Positions 37,874-42,357 of a stretch of 42,357 nt of DNA are shown one piece after another. Below the pieces are notes generated by a model, which made no database searches, had not been told where the DNA came from, and worked only from the letters and a program-made list of their open reading frames with translations. The stretch is from a virus. Taxonomy: Duplodnaviria; Caudoviricetes. The stretch covers positions 1 through 42,357 of IMG/VR virus record IMGVR_UViG_3300020414_000780. One strand, written 5' to 3'. Made by a program: the position numbers and the translations under genes. Each line of letters begins with the position of its first letter. Within the stretch, counting starts at the first letter, position 1.

Positions 37874-37985
37874 CACCCCACCCCAATCTGCTATAATACA
37901 AGGGTCAGGCAAGGGAAGCGGAGACGCAACCCACACAACCACAAGTAGCAGACCACTTGACACCTGACCGTCAATCTGCTACAAT
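37870..37985 (+). promoter_or_regulatory. Tandem duplicated strong sigma70 promoters
   Basis: TTGACA(37870)-16-TATAAT(37892) and TTGACA(37957)-17-TACAAT(37980), both with extended TG and shared CAATCTGCTAYAATACA. Confidence 0.85.
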
Positions 37986-38057
37986 ACACACAACAAGCGG
38001 AATGAGATGCGCCGCAACCAAAGACACTCAGTTGACAACCCTACTTCATTTCTTATC

Positions 38058-38273
38058 ATGCAAATCACCGGTTCTTCTTCTATCGCTGCTGTCACCTTCG
38101 GTGAGAACAACGCTGTTGGCGTTCAGTTCACTTCTAGCGACACTGAGTACGGTTTTGTTGCTAAGGATCAGAACGCTTTCCGTGCTTCCCTTGAGAGCAC
38201 CATTGCTGGCAAGCAATCTGTGGGCAAAATGATCGCTACTGCACGTCGCAGCGGTGACCTGACTGCCGTCTGA
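38058..38273 (+). CDS. KTSC-like small protein
   Basis: SSSIAAV.F....VGVQF...EYGF...SVGK pattern; strong codon bias; flanked by tandem promoters and a terminator. Confidence 0.6.
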   Translation: MQITGSSSIAAVTFGENNAVGVQFTSSDTEYGFVAKDQNAFRASLESTIAGKQSVGKMIATARRSGDLTAV

Positions 38274-38324
38274 TTCTAACGGTTGACAACTGAATATCTT
38301 TGCACTTTGCACGTCTTCGCAAAC

Positions 38325-38355
38325 AAACCTCCTACATATCGTAGGGGGTTTTGTT
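38325..38355 (+). terminator. Intrinsic terminator
   Basis: AAACCTCCTAC-atatc-GTAGGGGGTTT followed by TGTT. Confidence 0.7.
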
Positions 38356-38362
38356 GTATATT

Positions 38363-39052
38363 ATGAACTTCGCAGATAAGGAACAGATTCGCGATTGGTT
38401 GATAAATGGACGCTATAAGATGGCAGGAGCATATCCCCATCGTGGTTGCAGCATCGATGCAGCGGTGGGATGCACTCTCGCATGTCCTGCCTGCCGTCGT
38501 CAATGGCACAAAACTCGTGGACTGCCACCCAATGAGAATGGCAAGAATATGTGTCTCTTTGAGATACAAGCACTGAACAACTTTTACACCTGTTTTCAAA
38601 TCAACGGGCAAATCAGTGACCCTGTGATGAATCCTGACCTAGATGTGATCCTTAGATGCATACGAAACCGCACTTCTTGCAATATCCATACAGCAGCAAC
38701 GCCAAAATGGTTGGGTGAGGATCACTATAGGAAACTATTTGCTGCCAATACTAACATAAAATGGATTTTCGGCATCGACGGACTGCCCAAGGACAGTCAT
38801 CAGTATCGCGTCGGTCAGGATGGGGAAAAACTCTTTAATATGATGCTGATCGCAAAAGAGATGGGATTAGATACATGTTGGCAGTATATTGTCTTTAAAT
38901 ATAATGAGAATGACGTTGAGGAAGCAAGAGAACTAGCACACAAACATGGACTGAGTTTAGAGTTGACTATCTCGTCAAGATGGTCAGACGAGAATGATCC
39001 ATTGAGACCCACATTACCAGAGTATAGAGGTAAAACATGGCAAGATATTTGA
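38363..39052 (+). CDS. Radical SAM protein
   Basis: CTLACPAC CxxxCxxC, GQISDP, FGIDG, YRVG, WQYIVFKYNE. Confidence 0.88.
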   Translation: MNFADKEQIRDWLINGRYKMAGAYPHRGCSIDAAVGCTLACPACRRQWHKTRGLPPNENGKNMCLFEIQALNNFYTCFQINGQISDPVMNPDLDVILRCIRNRTSCNIHTAATPKWLGEDHYRKLFAANTNIKWIFGIDGLPKDSHQYRVGQDGEKLFNMMLIAKEMGLDTCWQYIVFKYNENDVEEARELAHKHGLSLELTISSRWSDENDPLRPTLPEYRGKTWQDI

Positions 39053-39375
39053 GACCGTCGTGTGTCTACGAGGACACATTTCAGTCATTTGTATCATCAG
39101 GACATATCCTACCATGCTGCTACGTTGATGGATTAGAGCATAGATGTGATGTTCTAGATCCATTGTTTAGTGAGCATTTGAAGGTCATTAACGCATGGAA
39201 CGTTGAGAACATTGTAGGATCAGATGAGTGGGTAGAGTTCTTCTATATGCTGATGAATGAACCTGAGAGAGCACCTAAAATCTGTTGGGATATGTGTCAC
39301 TCTGAAGTAGAAAATCCTATGGATTGTACTGTAACAAAACGTGAGGTTGTAGAGGGTACACATGACAGTGCATGA
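39037..39375 (+). CDS. Stand-alone SPASM/Twitch Fe-S domain protein
   Basis: PSC...SSGHILPCC...ICWDMC; overlaps the radical SAM gene. Confidence 0.75.
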   Translation: MARYLRPSCVYEDTFQSFVSSGHILPCCYVDGLEHRCDVLDPLFSEHLKVINAWNVENIVGSDEWVEFFYMLMNEPERAPKICWDMCHSEVENPMDCTVTKREVVEGTHDSA

Positions 39376-39419
39376 ACTGTCACATTGATTACATACAGTC
39401 AGGGTTATTGCACTATAAT
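39363..39419 (+). promoter_or_regulatory. Palindrome + -10 early promoter, copy 3
   Basis: Perfect TGACAG-N8-CTGTCA, 31 nt, TATAAT. Confidence 0.75.
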
Positions 39420-39443
39420 ATGTGCATACACAAAGGGAGGAAC

Positions 39444-39596
39444 ATGCCCGAAGACACCATCACAGTGGACACTGATGACTTCATTCTAGAACTTAGCAAG
39501 TCTGAGTACAAGAAAATGAAGAAGATTTGCAAGAAACTGAACATCAGTTTAAACTATTTCATCCATGAGTTTGACATCAACGTGGAGGCAGAATGA
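39444..39596 (+). CDS. Small hypothetical protein (start MPEDT)
   Basis: GGAGG RBS before ATG at 39444. Confidence 0.65.
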   Translation: MPEDTITVDTDDFILELSKSEYKKMKKICKKLNISLNYFIHEFDINVEAE

Positions 39597-39730
39597 AGGA
39601 GTTTACTGTATCAGGAATCGTCGGCGGGTTTCGTATTGAGACTAAGGTGAGTGCCACTAGTCTTCACCATGCGATCCGTGTTTTCGAATCAATGCACCAT
39701 GATGCCAGAAACGTCTATGTTCTCAACTGA
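39593..39730 (+). CDS. Small hypothetical protein, 45 aa (not in ORF track)
   Basis: GGAGG RBS and ATGA overlap; MKEFTVSGIVGGFRIETKV... Confidence 0.65.
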   Translation: MKEFTVSGIVGGFRIETKVSATSLHHAIRVFESMHHDARNVYVLN

Positions 39731-39735
39731 TCGTG

Positions 39736-39792
39736 TGACACTTCAGGAACTGGTCTACAGGTGGGTGATGAACCGGATCGGTGCCCTATAAT
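39736..39792 (+). promoter_or_regulatory. Palindrome + -10 early promoter, copy 4
   Basis: TGAC-N12-GGTC, 31 nt, TATAAT. Confidence 0.72.
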
Positions 39793-39814
39793 ATGTTCAT
39801 CAGCAAAGGACACC

Positions 39815-40084
39815 ATGAAAGTCGCGATCAACTATCCCAAACTCATCAACAAGACAATCGAACAAACTTACTACTACTATCCCGTCAAGCGTTACACTGG
39901 TGGTGTTGATGAAGATCGCGTACTTCGCATTGTCGAGTTCTCCAATGGTCTCAAATCTCAACAGGTTATTAGCACAAAAGATGCACATTATGATATTTGT
40001 GCTCGCTATCGTTCTGGAGCAGAGCATGTAGAATCTCTGAGAAACTATCCTCAACTTGTTAATCGTTTCGCCTGCGCTTGCTGA
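39815..40084 (+). CDS. Hypothetical early protein (start MKVAIN)
   Basis: AAGGA RBS; follows promoter copy 4. Confidence 0.65.
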   Translation: MKVAINYPKLINKTIEQTYYYYPVKRYTGGVDEDRVLRIVEFSNGLKSQQVISTKDAHYDICARYRSGAEHVESLRNYPQLVNRFACAC

Positions 40085-40087
40085 TTC

Positions 40088-40492
40088 ATGACCACACTCA
40101 TTGCTGAAAAGATCCACGACTATTGTGAAGAATACACTGCTATTCTTCGCTCTAGTTTCATCAAGTGGCGTATTTCTCACCACATTCACGCTATTCAAAA
40201 TGATGACTGCCCTGACTATCATGCTGACAAGATTGATGAACTTACTTCAGGTGAAGCAGAAAACGTGCCTAAGTATGAAATCACAGTCGGTAAGAAGTAT
40301 TTCAAAATCATCCTTAATGATGGATCGTCACGCTCAGTACATGCTTTCGTACACAAAGAGACAGGAGATGTGTTTAAGTCCGCTACATGGAATCGTCCCG
40401 CAAAAGATGCACGTTACAACATTCTGATCGATGAAGATCGGGAGCATTGCTTCAACTCTGTTGACCCATTCGGTTCTTATCTCTACAAATGA
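40088..40492 (+). CDS. Conserved cyanophage early hypothetical protein
   Basis: GKKYFKI...RSVHAFV.KETGDVFK.ATW..PAK.ARYNI motif. Confidence 0.75.
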   Translation: MTTLIAEKIHDYCEEYTAILRSSFIKWRISHHIHAIQNDDCPDYHADKIDELTSGEAENVPKYEITVGKKYFKIILNDGSSRSVHAFVHKETGDVFKSATWNRPAKDARYNILIDEDREHCFNSVDPFGSYLYK

Positions 40493-40686
40493 CTGACACT
40501 ATCGTTGATCGCGACCAACTGCAAAACGACCTGATTGAGAGAATCATTGATGATATGGATCTCAAAACCATGGCAGCATTGTTGTATGACATGCTAGACG
40601 ATTCTTACGACAAATATAGTGTCGATGAGATTATTGCAGAAGCAGAGGAATACTATCCAGACCTCATAGGACAGTCTGAAGACTGA
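40489..40686 (+). CDS. Small acidic hypothetical protein
   Basis: IIDDMDLKT...EYYPDL; ATGA overlap. Confidence 0.7.
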   Translation: MTDTIVDRDQLQNDLIERIIDDMDLKTMAALLYDMLDDSYDKYSVDEIIAEAEEYYPDLIGQSED

Positions 40687-40726
40687 CCACTCATGACCCC
40701 ATCAGTGCTGCTGGTGGGGTTATACT
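40669..40726 (+). promoter_or_regulatory. Palindrome + -10 early promoter, copy 5, driving the nuclease-methylase operon
   Basis: GGAC-N12-GACC, 32 nt, TATACT; GAGGA RBS. Confidence 0.7.
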
Positions 40727-40748
40727 ATGTTCAACAGCACAGAGGACC

Positions 40749-41282
40749 ATGGCAGGAGGAATCCAACCCGGCACCGTTGCCACCGATGCAAACGCTCGCA
40801 GACTTGATGAGCAATGCAAGCACCTTAAGGATGAGGTTTTTGCTGTGTTGAGTGAGATCTATCCTGATCTTACTATTCAGCGTAAACTCACAAAGGATCA
40901 GATCCCTGGCGGCATTGGTGCATGTGAACCCGATGGCGGTGCATGGTTCTACAAAGGTGTGCTGATTGCAGTATTTGAAGGTAAGAAACAACAGGATGCA
41001 GGTAATGCAATCGAGCGATGGTTCAAGAACAACTATATCAGCAAGATGATCAATCCTTCCTGTTCTTATGTCACTTTCTGCACTGGTGAAGGTGCATACA
41101 GCACTGGTGCGATTGGCAAGGGATTGAATATCGCTCACCTGAATGGATTCAATGAATACTTTCCTGGTGAGAATAGTGCATTTTTGTCAATAGACCCCTT
41201 TACTCGTGAGTTCATCAATGCTACAATGATTGAAGTAGTTGGTGAACGTATCAACGCACTCTTTCCGGAGGTGGGCGAATGA
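40749..41282 (+). CDS. EcoRI-family PD-(D/E)XK restriction endonuclease-like protein
   Basis: PDGG, EGKKQ and AGNAIER..KN match EcoRI PDGG/EAKHQ/AGNAIERSHKN. Confidence 0.8.
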   Translation: MAGGIQPGTVATDANARRLDEQCKHLKDEVFAVLSEIYPDLTIQRKLTKDQIPGGIGACEPDGGAWFYKGVLIAVFEGKKQQDAGNAIERWFKNNYISKMINPSCSYVTFCTGEGAYSTGAIGKGLNIAHLNGFNEYFPGENSAFLSIDPFTREFINATMIEVVGERINALFPEVGE

Positions 41283-42214
41283 AACCACTCTTTATGTGGG
41301 CAGGTGGGAAGACTAGAGTCATTAAACATTACTCTCAGTTTATGCCACAAGACTTCAGAACATACTATGAACCATTCTTCGGTGGTGGTGCTATGTTTGT
41401 TCATGTGATGAATAACTATAAACCAGATCATGTGGTCTTGAATGATGCTAACGAGGGCATCATCAACATCTATCGTGCTATTAGATCTGATGTTGGTGAG
41501 TTCATCAATCATCTGGAATCACTGAGTGCAAAGTATATCCCATTGAATAAAGAGGATCGCAAGAAGTTATACTATGACATAAGACATGAACATGCATACA
41601 ACTATCTGTCATGGTCACCAATACAAGAAGCGGCGACATTATACTTTCTGATGAGAACTGGATTCAATGGAATCTGGCAGATCAATAAGAACACAAACAA
41701 CAGGTTTGGTACACCATCAGGACTATTAAATCAGAAAGATGTAATCTATGACATAGAAGTTGTGAGATGGTGGCATCATGCATTGCAGAACGTTATCATC
41801 GCCAAGGGTGATTGGCGTGATGTTTGTGGTGATGATCCTACTGGATTTTTCTTCTTCGATCCTCCGTACCGTGATAGTTTCGCAGACTACGGAAATGCGT
41901 TCGATAATGATGCATTAACTGATTTAATCGATTTTGCTGACCGGCAGGAGCAAGTCTTCGTCTGCAACCGTGCCGATGACGATTATTTCGATAATATCAA
42001 CAACTCGTTAAATGTGCATTACTTTGACATCACATACACTGCGGGAAGACGTAAAAGAACTGATCAGGGTCATGCTGCAAAGAAAGCACGAGAGATTTTA
42101 CTCTATAAAGTAAAGAGAAATAATCCATTGATGGACAGTCTGCAAGGTGTCCCCTTAGCAGCACAGCAGGGGGATAACCCTGTTATGATTAGTGCAACAA
42201 AGCAAAGGACATGA
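41279..42214 (+). CDS. Dam/D12-family N6-adenine DNA methyltransferase, probably not GATC-specific
   Basis: WAGGK, YYEPFFGGGA, LND, FNG...P.G hairpin, DPPY. Confidence 0.9.
   Translation: MKPLFMWAGGKTRVIKHYSQFMPQDFRTYYEPFFGGGAMFVHVMNNYKPDHVVLNDANEGIINIYRAIRSDVGEFINHLESLSAKYIPLNKEDRKKLYYDIRHEHAYNYLSWSPIQEAATLYFLMRTGFNGIWQINKNTNNRFGTPSGLLNQKDVIYDIEVVRWWHHALQNVIIAKGDWRDVCGDDPTGFFFFDPPYRDSFADYGNAFDNDALTDLIDFADRQEQVFVCNRADDDYFDNINNSLNVHYFDITYTAGRRKRTDQGHAAKKAREILLYKVKRNNPLMDSLQGVPLAAQQGDNPVMISATKQRT
42133..42189 (+). promoter_or_regulatory. Palindrome + -10 early promoter, copy 6
   Basis: GGAC-N12-GTCC, 31 nt, TG-extended TATGAT; AAGGA RBS. Confidence 0.7.
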
Positions 42215-42357
42215 ACAGCAAGGTCGCCCAGCATCTGTCAATCCCCGAGAATCGCATCAACTATTCTTTTCACTTTCTTGATGAGTTTGGTCCTGATTTT
42301 GTAGATTACAAAAAATGTTATGATGCCATTGCAAAATGGTCTGACAAACTTGACACC
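42211..42357 (+). CDS. Hypothetical protein (3' truncated)
   Basis: ATG after AAGGAC; open to the window end (MNSKVAQHLSIPENR...). Confidence 0.65.
   Translation, partial: MNSKVAQHLSIPENRINYSFHFLDEFGPDFVDYKKCYDAIAKWSDKLDT

Noticed and set aside
37480-38360. tRNA genes in the intergenic stretches
   Set aside because: No cloverleaf with T-loop GTTCRA and acceptor stem found by eye
40749-41282. True EcoRI isoschizomer (GAATTC only)
   Set aside because: Depletion covers AATT in all flanking contexts and the protein is much shorter than EcoRI; not excluded without an assay
41279-42214. Ordinary orphan GATC Dam methylase
   Set aside because: K9 and R124 equivalents are substituted, it is coupled to a nuclease gene, and GATC is abundant in the window

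Overview
This window is a 42 kb segment of a T4-like marine cyanomyovirus (Kyanoviridae-type). It runs from the end of gp32 through a late structural block: gp53, gp48, gp2, gp4, a tube-like protein, gp26, gp51, tape-measure/hub-like proteins, CP12, a split gp5 and a series of large tail-fibre-like proteins, with T4-type NATAAATA late promoters. Next comes an accessory sugar-activation island (HAD phosphatase, SIS isomerase, KdsB, two paralogous P-loop-like proteins). The last part is an early region: CobT-like VWA/peptidase, CobS-like AAA ATPase, amidinotransferase, radical SAM plus SPASM, and many small ORFs, preceded by sigma70 promoters and a six-copy palindrome + -10 promoter motif. The most notable feature is an early-promoter operon of a minimal EcoRI-fold endonuclease (PDGG...EGKKQ...AGNAIER) coupled to a Dam-family methyltransferase whose two guanine-reading residues are replaced. 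It coincides with about 10-fold depletion of AATT across the window (about 26 sites by hand count), suggesting a phage-encoded AATT restriction-modification system. A second, independent depletion of RGCY has no matching enzyme in the window. Counts are manual and approximate, and family assignments come from motif recognition, not database searches.
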